The notes beneath the pieces are model-generated. The model was not told the DNA's origin and did not search any database. It worked only from the letters and a program-made list of their open reading frames with translations. Made by a program: the position numbers and the translations under genes. Shown here in pieces: positions 16,229-25,522 of a DNA stretch of 45,428 nt (position 1 is the stretch's first letter; the number at the start of each line of letters is the position of its first letter). Origin of the DNA: an uncultured Candidatus Saccharibacteria bacterium (GTDB lineage: Bacteria > Patescibacteriota > Minisyncoccia > 2-02-FULL-40-12 > GWA2-44-9); NCBI GenBank assembly GCA_964429675.1, contig CAYSDF010000001.1, positions 1 through 45,428 on the forward strand, in the 5' to 3' direction.

Positions 16229-18648
16229 AAAAAATATTCCTTACAATCGTTTTATTGATGATAACAACTCCTTCTTGGGCGAGCACATGGTACCTGAGGA
16301 CCGACGGCGGAGCTTATGGTACAACATCAACGACCTGTAATGGTCAAACAGATGCAGCCTTTACTGGTAGTAACGGGCCCAACTGTGCTGTGAATAGCTG
16401 GGTTTATCTTTTGAGGCATTATTCTGACAACACCACTTTGATAGGGACGACTCGAATTGTATCTGGAGATACGGTCATTGTAGGGAATTCCGTGGCCTCA
16501 CCCGGAGCCTTCAGAGTTGGATATGATTCCACAAATATCTGGGCTTCTTGTAATGCGGCTTTCCCGGAAAATTGTCGATTGGAAAAGATTCCCAATGGAA
16601 CACCAGCTAATCCAACGAAAATTTATGGCAGAGGGTATGATACCGGATGCCCCGGATATCCAAATAATATGGCCCAAATTTGGGGAGGGATGAACGTAAG
16701 TCAGGTTTTAAATATTGGCAGTGATACGACTTTAAAATGCCTTGAGATTACAGACCACAGCGGAAGTGTTTATCGTAGGACGAATGGTGTCGGAAGAATA
16801 GACAATGACCCTACCCAAGATTTGATTAAAGTCAGTTCTAACGTAGAGGTAAGTTTGCTGGCCCAAACTGGTTTATTAATTAGTTATGCCGGTGGAGTTA
16901 CCCTTGACCATCTTTATATTCACGGTCTTGGAGATAGGTGTGTGAAAGCATTTGGGTTAAGCGGAACAACGAATGTGACTGATGTAAGAATGGAAGGCTG
17001 TGCTATGTCTGGGTGGGAAGCTGATGATGGGCCACTTTCCCATGACGGCACCCCATATACTGGTACCGTTAATTGGACTCGGGTTCAGTTACGTTATATA
17101 GGATGCGGTGAAAGATATTTAGCTACACCGGGAGGTGCAGCAGCGAACACTCCCCATGATTGTTTTGGTCAAAAGCAAGGTGGGTATGGTGACGGCATCG
17201 CTTTTGATGGCGACTCTGGGAACTGGAACTTTGATAATTGCGATATTTCTTTTAATATGTCTGACGGTATTGATATTACATACAGCAACAATGGTACAGC
17301 ATATATCCGCCGGCTTAAATGCCAAGGCAATGTAGGGGCTTGTTATAAGTCACTTATGCCGTTTTCTCAAATTGAAAATTCCATGCTTTTGGGGAATTGC
17401 GGTTGGTGGTATACCAATCCTTATGCCTTTGGAGATATTAATGCTCCGGGGCGGTCAGGGTCTAATTGTAACCATGATGGACAGTGTCAAGCTAATGAGA
17501 ATTTTACAAATTGCAGTGCAGATTGTCTTAATGAAGACTTTTGTCGGCCAACGCAACCTACTGATGTCAATATGTATGCTCAAACAAATAGAGTTCTAAA
17601 TGTTTACAATTCTACTTTGACCGGGAACGGAGACACCATTATTAGTGCGCTTAACAATAATGGTGGTGACTGCGGGACTGGTTCGGCGGTAACTTATATA
17701 AACAATGTCTTCTATGGCGGGGCTGACCATAATGAGGCTGGAGCTGACCAATCTATAGCCTATTATGCAGAATGTTCTTTGGGTAGTTTACCTGTCGTCA
17801 CTCAAAGGAACAATGTTTGTTATAACGGAAAATCCGATGCTACTAATTGTTCCGGTTCCGGCAGCGCCATCACCAATCCAAATTTAGTCGGGCCTATTCA
17901 GAACGCTTATCAGGCTTATTTCTCTGGGGCCGATTATATTCCCAACTTTTACCCTACAGCAAATTCAAGCAACCTGATTAATCGGGCAGATACGACAATA
18001 ACACTGACTGGCGGTAGTGCGGATATCAATGGCTCTCCTCGTGGAGCTTCGTGGGATATAGGCGCAGTTGAATTCGGCGGTACCCCAGTTGGATGTACGG
18101 CTACGGTCATAAGTAATTGCGATTTGAGTGCAGTATCCAGCGGAGGGACAAGTGGAACCTGCCATAGCGGGTACACCGGGACATGCACTTATTCCTGCGC
18201 TGGCGGGGTCTGGAGCAGCATTAACAACAGCTGTACTATCAATACCCCTCCGCCTTCTTGTAGTGCTACAACCATCGGCAACTGTGTTTTACCTTTAACC
18301 AACAGTGGCAGTTCAGCGGGTAGTTGCTCAGCCGGGTATTCTGGGACATGTACGTATTCCTGTGCAACCGGGGTTTGGAATTTCGTTTCCAACTCCTGTA
18401 CGATTACTCAGGTACCTTCTTGTAATGCGCAGACCATCAATAACTGCGACTTGCCTTTGACAGCGGATGGAGTTTCAGCGGGAACGTGTTCGACTGGTTA
18501 TACAGGCTCTTGTAGTTACAACTGTTCAAATCAGGTCTGGAGTCAGCTTAATAACTCCTGTGCGCTTCCTGTTAGTCCGACCACAGCGGCGAATGAAACA
18601 ATAAGTGGCACAGTCAACTTCTCGGGATTCGTGAAAGTAGGGCCATAA
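16219..18648 (+). CDS. right-handed beta-helix (polysaccharide depolymerase-like) protein with a signal peptide and three C-terminal Cys-rich repeats
   Basis: 809 aa from MQLKKIFLTIVLLMITTPSWAS. Beta-helix-type motifs include DGIDITYSNNG, NNVFYGG and SWDIGAVEF. The ORF-track start at 16153 overlaps the preceding gene. Confidence 0.55.
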   Translation: MQLKKIFLTIVLLMITTPSWASTWYLRTDGGAYGTTSTTCNGQTDAAFTGSNGPNCAVNSWVYLLRHYSDNTTLIGTTRIVSGDTVIVGNSVASPGAFRVGYDSTNIWASCNAAFPENCRLEKIPNGTPANPTKIYGRGYDTGCPGYPNNMAQIWGGMNVSQVLNIGSDTTLKCLEITDHSGSVYRRTNGVGRIDNDPTQDLIKVSSNVEVSLLAQTGLLISYAGGVTLDHLYIHGLGDRCVKAFGLSGTTNVTDVRMEGCAMSGWEADDGPLSHDGTPYTGTVNWTRVQLRYIGCGERYLATPGGAAANTPHDCFGQKQGGYGDGIAFDGDSGNWNFDNCDISFNMSDGIDITYSNNGTAYIRRLKCQGNVGACYKSLMPFSQIENSMLLGNCGWWYTNPYAFGDINAPGRSGSNCNHDGQCQANENFTNCSADCLNEDFCRPTQPTDVNMYAQTNRVLNVYNSTLTGNGDTIISALNNNGGDCGTGSAVTYINNVFYGGADHNEAGADQSIAYYAECSLGSLPVVTQRNNVCYNGKSDATNCSGSGSAITNPNLVGPIQNAYQAYFSGADYIPNFYPTANSSNLINRADTTITLTGGSADINGSPRGASWDIGAVEFGGTPVGCTATVISNCDLSAVSSGGTSGTCHSGYTGTCTYSCAGGVWSSINNSCTINTPPPSCSATTIGNCVLPLTNSGSSAGSCSAGYSGTCTYSCATGVWNFVSNSCTITQVPSCNAQTINNCDLPLTADGVSAGTCSTGYTGSCSYNCSNQVWSQLNNSCALPVSPTTAANETISGTVNFSGFVKVGP
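18094..18561 (+). repeat. three tandem ~54-aa Cys-rich modules (C..I.NC.L.....G.SAG.C..GY(T/S)G.C.Y.C..(G/Q)VW....NSC)
   Basis: Read from the translated ORF. Each module has six conserved Cys and one conserved Trp. Confidence 0.7.
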
Positions 18649-18923
18649 TGACACCTTTGAGTGATGACGCAAAGAGTTTCCTAGAGCGTAAGCATATAGA
18701 GAATCTGGAAGTTTTAACGAGGATAGATACCAATTTAAAGAACCATCTGGCAAGTTTTTCAAAGCACGAAGAAAAGTTCGATATTCATGTCGCTAAAGAT
18801 GAGAATAGTTTTATTGCCCATTCTGTCAGGATGGGACGGATAGAAAGAAATCAGTATATCGTATTTGGAATTTTCGTATGTTTACAATTCATTTTAAACC
18901 TGTGGATTGCTTTAAAAAAATAA
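18648..18923 (+). CDS. hypothetical protein with a C-terminal transmembrane anchor (91 aa)
   Basis: TAATG overlap with the upstream gene. C-terminus is IVFGIFVCLQFILNLWIALKK. Confidence 0.5.
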   Translation: MTPLSDDAKSFLERKHIENLEVLTRIDTNLKNHLASFSKHEEKFDIHVAKDENSFIAHSVRMGRIERNQYIVFGIFVCLQFILNLWIALKK

Positions 18924-18927
18924 GACT

Positions 18928-19083
18928 ATGGATAAAATCAAACTGGATTTATCAAAAGCGATTAAGTGTCCCCAGTGTCATCGGCACCAGATAAAGTTAA
19001 TCAATCAGAACAAAATCTATAAGTGCGAGAACTGCGGGATGGAATGGGACAATGAGAATATTCTTGATTTTGATACTGTGTAG
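18928..19083 (+). CDS. small zinc-ribbon protein (51 aa, below the ORF-track cutoff)
   Basis: Hand translation gives MDKIKLDLSKAIKCPQCHRHQIKLINQNKIYKCENCGMEWDNENILDFDTV, with two CxxC pairs. Confidence 0.4.
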   Translation: MDKIKLDLSKAIKCPQCHRHQIKLINQNKIYKCENCGMEWDNENILDFDTV

Positions 19084-19492
19084 CCTCAGTGGATTTCTGT
19101 ACCGGCTTGGCGGAAGCGGAAAGGCGAATACTAAAGCCAGAGACTTCGGTGTCCCTATGTGCATGGTTTTAACAATGTGTATTTTAGGGTTAAAGCACTG
19201 GACGCTACTCTTTTCTTTTGGACTTCTTTTCGGGGCATTAACTACCTATTTTAAAGAAAAGGATACAGATGCTCAGTGGTATAACTGGCTGGTCTGTGGA
19301 CTGGCTTATTCGATTTCGATGTTACCTACGGTGTGGGCTTTGGGATTGTGGCCCGGATTTGGTCTCAGGACGCTCACATTAGGCCTAGGAACGATGATTT
19401 GGTCTCAAACCATAGGAAATGCGGTTTGGGAAGAAGCGGGGCGTGGGGCCTTAATTATAGCCACTTTGCCGATGTTGCTTATTTTAAAATGA
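19052..19492 (+). CDS. multi-pass membrane protein (146 aa, about 4 TM segments)
   Basis: Four hydrophobic stretches. Lies next to the lysis cassette. Function unknown; could be holin-like or an exclusion protein. Confidence 0.5.
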   Translation: MRIFLILILCSLSGFLYRLGGSGKANTKARDFGVPMCMVLTMCILGLKHWTLLFSFGLLFGALTTYFKEKDTDAQWYNWLVCGLAYSISMLPTVWALGLWPGFGLRTLTLGLGTMIWSQTIGNAVWEEAGRGALIIATLPMLLILK

Positions 19493-19494
19493 TT

Positions 19495-19986
19495 TTAAAC
19501 ATAACTCCATATTGTATTTCTATTTATACAAGATATAGTTGGTTGACTACAATTATACTTTTTAGCGATTACTTTTTGTTCCATTCCATTTTTCAGACAA
19601 TTACGAATTTCTTTAATTTTTGTTTGTGTGAGCTTAGTTCTTTTCGGACAAAGACCATTTTTAAAAGCATGTCTTATATTTTCAGACCTAGAAACATATT
19701 CCAAATTGTTAATTTTATTATCGGTTTTTATCCCGTTTCTATGGTTTATGTCAAATGTTTTTGGTCTAGGCCCAAGAAAATGTTCTATAACAAGGTGCGC
19801 TATTCTAAAGCATTTTTGAAAACCATTTTTGCTCAAAACAACAAAATAATATCCTGTTTTCAATCCCGGTTTGAGTATTCTGTTTTTTTTGCAAAGACCA
19901 GTTCCATTAACGTCTCTTCTAACATTTCCCATATCGGAAATAGAATAAAAATTTTCATAACCTTTTATTGGCTTCCAATTTTCCAT
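19495..19986 (-). mobile_element. free-standing HNH homing endonuclease (NUMOD4 + HNH_3 type)
   Basis: MENWKPIKGYENFYSISDMGNVRR (NUMOD4-like) and INHRNGIKTDNKINNLEYVS (HNH). It is the only minus-strand gene inside the + strand late region and is visibly AT-rich. An alternative start lies at 20046. Confidence 0.8.
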
Positions 19987-20056
19987 AATTGGAATTATAG
20001 TAATATAATGTACAAAAAGCAATGTTTTTATTATTAATCGGGACATAGGAGGAACT

Positions 20057-20239
20057 ATGTTAAGTCAAATCGAGAAGCTGTTAGATGGGAAGAAAAGTTA
20101 TATCGTGGCAATCTTAATCGGCGGGCTTTCTTTTTGGATGGCTCTTCATCCCACGTTTGTTGTTCCGGAGTGGGTCTGGACATCTTTAGCGGCACTGGGC
20201 TTAGGTGCGGTACGCTCAGCAATCGGGAACAAGACCTGA
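20057..20239 (+). CDS. holin (putative, two TM segments, 60 aa)
   Basis: AGGAGG RBS. Two hydrophobic helices. Immediately upstream of the spanin pair. Confidence 0.5.
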   Translation: MLSQIEKLLDGKKSYIVAILIGGLSFWMALHPTFVVPEWVWTSLAALGLGAVRSAIGNKT

Positions 20240-20415
20240 TGTGGGCCGTTATCTCAGGAATCATTCAAATAATCTATCTTCTCATTAAAAACAAGTTTGA
20301 GAAGGATTCGGATTCAAAAACAAGGAAAGAGGCTTTACATGAAGAGGCTAAAGAGGTCATTAAGTCCGGTGATGCTAGTCAGCTTAATGCTTTTATTAAC
20401 AAGCTGCGGGGCTAG
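20239..20415 (+). CDS. i-spanin-like protein (58 aa, N-terminal TM plus charged helix)
   Basis: Starts at the ATG overlapping the holin stop (TGATG). MWAVISGIIQIIYLLI is followed by a Lys/Glu-rich helix. The lipoprotein gene starts inside it in another frame. Confidence 0.5.
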   Translation: MWAVISGIIQIIYLLIKNKFEKDSDSKTRKEALHEEAKEVIKSGDASQLNAFINKLRG

Positions 20416-20530
20416 TCAGAAATTCTATCTTATTCAGGAAAAGGACATTTATTATAACGGACACGATGTCTGTATGTCCACTCAGTATATGCAGAAGGTC
20501 TTAGACGCTAAAATCGAGAAGGTAAAATAA
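20339..20530 (+). CDS. o-spanin-like outer-membrane lipoprotein (63 aa)
   Basis: MKRLKRSLSPVMLVSLMLLLTSC has a lipobox (LTS|C). The gene begins inside the i-spanin ORF and extends beyond it, the overlapped Rz/Rz1-type architecture. Confidence 0.6.
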   Translation: MKRLKRSLSPVMLVSLMLLLTSCGASQKFYLIQEKDIYYNGHDVCMSTQYMQKVLDAKIEKVK

Positions 20531-21747
20531 TGGCTTTTACTTTCTCGGACTTAAAATCAGAGGTCAAGCGTAGGGCGACCAAGAATCAAGGCGGGACTCA
20601 GTTCGACACCGGGATAGAGAACACCATCAATACGTCTCTGTGGAGAATCGCCAGAGAGGCTTGTTGGCGGTCTCTGCGTAGAGAGACCAGTTTTGATACG
20701 GTAGCGAAATACAATACCGGCACTGGAGCGGTGGCTTTGACGAATAACTCCAAGAATGTCACCGTGACCGGAGCGACGTTTTTGACTGATGATGTCAAGG
20801 TCAAAAGATATACGAAATTTTCCAACAGCAGCAAGTTCTTCAAAATAGCCACCATCACAGGAGAGACCACGTTTACTCTCGACCAAGTCTGTGATGGGAC
20901 TACCACTTCAACCGGGACGTATTCGATACTTGGGCAGGAGGAATACGTCCTCCCCATTCAAGTAGGACACAGCTGTCTTCTGTGGCACAGGGGATACGGG
21001 TATCCGATAACACTGAAGTACATCCCCACAATGTCGTTCTTTGATTCGACTCCCATAGATACGATGGAAAACATCCCAACGCATTATCGAATGTGGGGAA
21101 TGAATACCAATGTCGAGGAATTACTGGCTCCTTCGGTTATCAGTGTCTCTTCGTCTTCCACGGCTGATACTTCAAAGTCTATTACGGTCTTTGGGGTGGT
21201 TTCAGGATACCCGGATTATGAAATAATTAATACGAATGCTAGTGATGGTACGATTGCTGTCAATGGTACCAAAACGTTTTCTTCAGTTGAAAGAATCGTG
21301 CGCAGTCAAGAGACCACCGGAAGGATAACCTGTACCGCCAATAGCGGTAATGCCACGATAGCGGTACTTCCGGTAGGAAAGACAACCACCGGGCCGTTAT
21401 ATACCAAAATTCAGCTGTATCCTTTACCTAATCAGGTATTTCCTATCAACGTGCTTTATTACAAACTCCCTTATCAATTAGTTAATGGCGGAGATGTTCC
21501 AGAGATAGGCGAAGAATTCAGTGAGGCGATTATTCTTTTATCCACGGCTAAAATGAAGGGTGAGCAGAATCAAAAAGAGATGAAGATGTTTTATGACATG
21601 TATCGTGACGAGATTAACTCACTCAAGAAGACCAATGTGGACAAACTTGACTGGAAACCGAATCTGCAAAGACCATATCCCAGCGGGAATATTATCCGGG
21701 GAGATGTGTATCCACAACAAATAGGAAGCATGTATGGCTGGAAATGA
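20530..21747 (+). CDS. virion structural protein (405 aa, function unassigned)
   Basis: TAATG overlap with the upstream gene. In the late operon. Confidence 0.55.
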   Translation: MAFTFSDLKSEVKRRATKNQGGTQFDTGIENTINTSLWRIAREACWRSLRRETSFDTVAKYNTGTGAVALTNNSKNVTVTGATFLTDDVKVKRYTKFSNSSKFFKIATITGETTFTLDQVCDGTTTSTGTYSILGQEEYVLPIQVGHSCLLWHRGYGYPITLKYIPTMSFFDSTPIDTMENIPTHYRMWGMNTNVEELLAPSVISVSSSSTADTSKSITVFGVVSGYPDYEIINTNASDGTIAVNGTKTFSSVERIVRSQETTGRITCTANSGNATIAVLPVGKTTTGPLYTKIQLYPLPNQVFPINVLYYKLPYQLVNGGDVPEIGEEFSEAIILLSTAKMKGEQNQKEMKMFYDMYRDEINSLKKTNVDKLDWKPNLQRPYPSGNIIRGDVYPQQIGSMYGWK

Positions 21748-23266
21748 TTTCACTACACCTTCGCAGGCGATAGCGGATATCAATTTCAATGGTGGGTTAA
21801 ACACCACCTCCGGCCCTCTCTCTGTTTCCAATAACGAAAGTTCCGACTTACGCAATATCGACTTTAATAAATTCGGGTCAATTCTCAAAAGGAACGGATA
21901 TACGACTCTAAATACTTCAGCCATTACGAACTCTCCTAATTCAGATGGTCTCTACTGGTATGAGTTTGTCTCTGCCGGGGCATATGCGTCGTTTATAATC
22001 AATGTTGGAGACGGGAAACTCTGGAAGCAGGACTCTTTGGATGGGACGTGGGATGATATCACTGGGTCTTTATCTATCACCGCTGATAACTTTTGTGACT
22101 TTGAGACTTTCTTAAATGAAGTCTATATTACTAACAACACCGATGTGCCTTTTAAATGGACAGGAAGCGGGAACGGTGCGGTAATGTCGGTACCCTCCGG
22201 GCTGACAAAGGCAAAGAATGTGGTTCAGTTTAACAACTATCTTTTCTTGGGGAATGTGGTCGTCAATGCAACGACGTTTAAGTCAAGGTTTTACTGGTCT
22301 AACATTAAAGACACTTCAACATGGTTAGCAACTTCGTTTATTGAGGTCAGTAAAGACGACGGCCAGCAGATTATCCGCATGGTGGTCTTGGGAGACAGAC
22401 TGGTAGTCTTCAAAGAGCGGGCCATTTACAATGTCTTTTTTACCGGGGATAATGATATTCCTTTTATTGTCCAGAAGTCGAATTCTCCGGTGGGATGTAT
22501 TGCTCCGTTTAGTGTGCAGGAAGTCGAGAACGGATTGGTATTTCTTTCAGCGGACGGGTTCTATTATTACGACGGGAACAATTCGTATAAAATCAGTCTT
22601 AATATTCAGACAACGCTCTCAGGATACAATTCCACACGATTCAGTCAGTGTGTTTCGATGCGCCAGAAAGCTAAGAACAGGTATTTCTGTGCCATGCCTT
22701 CGAATGGACAGACGAATAATGACGTGGTGGTAGTTTGGGACTGGCAGTTGAACGCATTCAGTATTTACACCGGTATAGCGGCAGCCTCAATGGCGACCAT
22801 CTGGAATTCGGCAACTGATGAGAGAATCTATTTCGGAGATTACGCCGGGTTTGTTTATCGCATGGACACCGGGACTGACGATTACCCCTTGAATGTACAG
22901 ACCGCAATCAACGGTTATTATTATACGAACTGGAAGCATTATGATGATATCGTTGACCAAAAAGGTGTCCCTAATGTGGTGATTTATTACCAGACCTCGA
23001 ATTCCATACTGACGTTTGTTTACTCTTATGATTTCGAGAGTTCCGATACTTATAGCCAGACTTTTTCTTTAGCGACCGGGACTGCGGTGTATGGTTCGGC
23101 TATCTGGGACAGAGATGTCTATGCCGGGGCCGGAGGGCTTCAGCAGAGACGTGACTTGGACGGCAGGGGCCGGGTGGTCAGGTTCGGGTTTAAGAACAAT
23201 ACCATCGGAGAGACTTTTCAAATTGACGGGGTAGGGTATCTGCCTCACTTAGAGACCAGTGTTTAA
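21734..23266 (+). CDS. virion structural protein (510 aa, function unassigned)
   Basis: Overlaps the upstream gene. Large beta-rich protein. Confidence 0.55.
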   Translation: MAGNDFTTPSQAIADINFNGGLNTTSGPLSVSNNESSDLRNIDFNKFGSILKRNGYTTLNTSAITNSPNSDGLYWYEFVSAGAYASFIINVGDGKLWKQDSLDGTWDDITGSLSITADNFCDFETFLNEVYITNNTDVPFKWTGSGNGAVMSVPSGLTKAKNVVQFNNYLFLGNVVVNATTFKSRFYWSNIKDTSTWLATSFIEVSKDDGQQIIRMVVLGDRLVVFKERAIYNVFFTGDNDIPFIVQKSNSPVGCIAPFSVQEVENGLVFLSADGFYYYDGNNSYKISLNIQTTLSGYNSTRFSQCVSMRQKAKNRYFCAMPSNGQTNNDVVVVWDWQLNAFSIYTGIAAASMATIWNSATDERIYFGDYAGFVYRMDTGTDDYPLNVQTAINGYYYTNWKHYDDIVDQKGVPNVVIYYQTSNSILTFVYSYDFESSDTYSQTFSLATGTAVYGSAIWDRDVYAGAGGLQQRRDLDGRGRVVRFGFKNNTIGETFQIDGVGYLPHLETSV

Positions 23267-23676
23267 TGTATGTTGGAAAAAGTTCAAATTATTTCAGTAA
23301 GCATAAGTACGGAGAGAAGGAGGGGAATCAATCCGATGTCGACCGGGATTTAATCCGTATCTTTCAGGCATTATCCGGGAGATTAAGATTCGGGAGCGGT
23401 ACTAGCGGGAGTTTAGGGGAGAATCTGGGAGGTGTTTGGTTACAGGTTCTTACCTCGGGAACGACTAATACAGAGTTAGGCTATCACCACACATTAAACT
23501 CTCAACCGATGGGGTACATTGTGGTATGGCAGGATAAAGCAGGAAGTCTTTACGCCAATCCTTTTGGAAGTGGAATCAATACGACGTGGACAAGTGGAAC
23601 GGCTTATTTTAAAGCTGATGTAGGAGCGGCGAATTTTATGGTATTTTTGTTAGAGCGTGGAGGTACCAGTGGATAA
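23266..23676 (+). CDS. hypothetical virion-module protein (136 aa)
   Basis: TAATG overlap with the upstream gene. Confidence 0.5.
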   Translation: MYVGKSSNYFSKHKYGEKEGNQSDVDRDLIRIFQALSGRLRFGSGTSGSLGENLGGVWLQVLTSGTTNTELGYHHTLNSQPMGYIVVWQDKAGSLYANPFGSGINTTWTSGTAYFKADVGAANFMVFLLERGGTSG

Positions 23677-24103
23677 TATCGATAAGTATGGTCACTGTGT
23701 GGTTTGTCACAGGAATCTGATAGTAGAACGGGTGGCAGAGGGAAAAGTCATTAAAATGTTTCTCCCAGAAAAAGAAGAGACTGATTTTCTTTTAAATGAC
23801 GGGTCACGGATGAGGGTCTGTATTTGCAGGACGTGTAAGAGAGAAAAAGATTTCACTGATAAAAAACTTCAAGAGCAGATAATGGAAGCGGTGATAGCCG
23901 GATGGCAGTTGGAAGTAGATACGATGGTAGCTGACGAAAACAAACCTGAGTGGACACCTGAGCGTGCCAAGGCGCATATGGAAGTTTACGGGAAGAAAAG
24001 CCTTTTGTTACACAGTGAGAACGCTGATAAGCATGTCATTGAGAAACATCAAAGCGATGTTTTGAGGGCAATGGAAGAAGCACTGGAGCCTAAAGTAGAA
24101 TAG
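23657..24103 (+). CDS. zinc-ribbon protein (about 144-148 aa)
   Basis: CVVCHRNL and CICRTCKRE motifs. GTG start; an alternative GTG at 23669 has a better-placed GGAGG. Confidence 0.5.
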   Translation: MEVPVDNIDKYGHCVVCHRNLIVERVAEGKVIKMFLPEKEETDFLLNDGSRMRVCICRTCKREKDFTDKKLQEQIMEAVIAGWQLEVDTMVADENKPEWTPERAKAHMEVYGKKSLLLHSENADKHVIEKHQSDVLRAMEEALEPKVE

Positions 24104-24104
24104 C

Positions 24105-24716
24105 ATGCTGATTACGAAACCATATACGTTTACTGTCGGCTCTTCGATCGTCGCTTCAGAACACAATTCCAATGCTGATACGATTTACAACGATTATAAC
24201 GGAAATATCACGAATGCTAATATTTCGGGAACTGCGGCTATTTCGGACAGTAAACTTGCCCAGATAACAACATCATCGAAAGTCGCAGGGGATGCTTTGA
24301 CTCTTTTAGCGAACATCCCTTCCGGAGCTGGTATCATTCCTATAGGGAACCTCCCGGCTCTTCTTCAGGTGGCTTCAGCGACACGTAATATGACTACAGC
24401 GTCAGGGACACAGGCCATTCTTCTCTCTGGGACTTCTTTTACTCCCCGGAGCGCATTGATACTGGCGGTGGTTAACGATTCGAATCAGACCTCATGGGGG
24501 ATGGATGACGGCTCGAGGCATTTTTGTATTGCGACAGCGGGAACGGCGAGGAGTTTAGCGGATTCTAGTTTCTCTATTCGGGCGATTGCCGCTAGCGGGA
24601 CGACAGAGTATAAAGGATTGTTTAATTCTTTTAATGCCGGAGGAGGAAGTGTGACGTGGACTAAAGTAGGTTCTCCGACAGGAACACTGCAACTTTACAT
24701 AGGATTTCTAAGATGA
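24105..24716 (+). CDS. fibre- or collar-like protein, paralogue A (203 aa)
   Basis: The N-terminal ~50 aa (KPYTFTVGSSIVASEHNSNADTIYNDYNGNITNANISGTAAISDSKL) are homologous to the N-terminus of 24713..25522. Confidence 0.55.
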   Translation: MLITKPYTFTVGSSIVASEHNSNADTIYNDYNGNITNANISGTAAISDSKLAQITTSSKVAGDALTLLANIPSGAGIIPIGNLPALLQVASATRNMTTASGTQAILLSGTSFTPRSALILAVVNDSNQTSWGMDDGSRHFCIATAGTARSLADSSFSIRAIAASGTTEYKGLFNSFNAGGGSVTWTKVGSPTGTLQLYIGFLR

Positions 24717-25522
24717 GTGTCGTAGTCAAACCATCTACGTTCTCGGCGGGGGCGACCATTATCGCTGCAGAACACAATTCTAATTTCGATACATTGTACG
24801 CCGACTACAATGGGAATATTACTAATTCCAATGTGGCGGCTTCCGCAGCGATAGCTTATTCTAAACTGAATCTGGCGACCAGTATCGTCAATGCTGATGT
24901 CGCTACCAATGCAGCTATTGTAGCGTCAAAACTGGTTCTTACCTCACCGGGCCCCATCGGAAGTGTAGCTTCGAATACGGGGGCCTTTACGAGTTGTTTT
25001 ATAGCGACGTTGACTTCAGGTACCAGTAGTCAGGGAAGTATACTTTATGATAACGGAACCTCGATAGTTAAGTTGGTAGGGGGAACCGCTGGGTGGTTAC
25101 TGACTACTCAAGGGCAAGCAGCGAATCCAAATTGGACAGCTCCACTACTTTATAGTGCCGGGACGTTATCGGAAGTCAATGCTTCGACCGAAAGAACACA
25201 TAGCGGAGATACGAATCTAACGAAGATGAAAGAAATCTCTCCATTGCCACGTTCAGGAACAGTGAGTACCTCCTATGACATGAATAACGTAGCCAGTTCG
25301 AATGGACAGGCTCAATTATACATCAATGATATCGCCGTAGGGACGCTCAATACGAATTCGAGCAACACCTATGTGACGTATACTGACACCGGGATTACCG
25401 CTGTTTATGGAGATAAGTTTCAGGTATATGCAAAGACAGTGGGAGGAGATACGGTGAAGGTGAAGAATTTTAAGATATTAGTGACGAATCCTTCCCAACC
25501 ACAGGAGTTGAGCGGATTATGA
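24713..25522 (+). CDS. fibre- or collar-like protein, paralogue B (269 aa)
   Basis: N-terminus KPSTFSAGATIIAAEHNSNFDTLYADYNGNITNSNVAASAAIAYSKL. ATGA overlaps on both sides. Confidence 0.55.
   Translation: MSVVVKPSTFSAGATIIAAEHNSNFDTLYADYNGNITNSNVAASAAIAYSKLNLATSIVNADVATNAAIVASKLVLTSPGPIGSVASNTGAFTSCFIATLTSGTSSQGSILYDNGTSIVKLVGGTAGWLLTTQGQAANPNWTAPLLYSAGTLSEVNASTERTHSGDTNLTKMKEISPLPRSGTVSTSYDMNNVASSNGQAQLYINDIAVGTLNTNSSNTYVTYTDTGITAVYGDKFQVYAKTVGGDTVKVKNFKILVTNPSQPQELSGL

Noticed and set aside
19333-20037. 234-aa plus-strand ORF
   Set aside because: It is the antisense shadow of the HNH endonuclease gene in an AT-rich stretch. The translation is low-complexity (Phe/Ile/Asn/Ser-rich) and its first part overlaps the well-supported membrane-protein gene 19052..19492.
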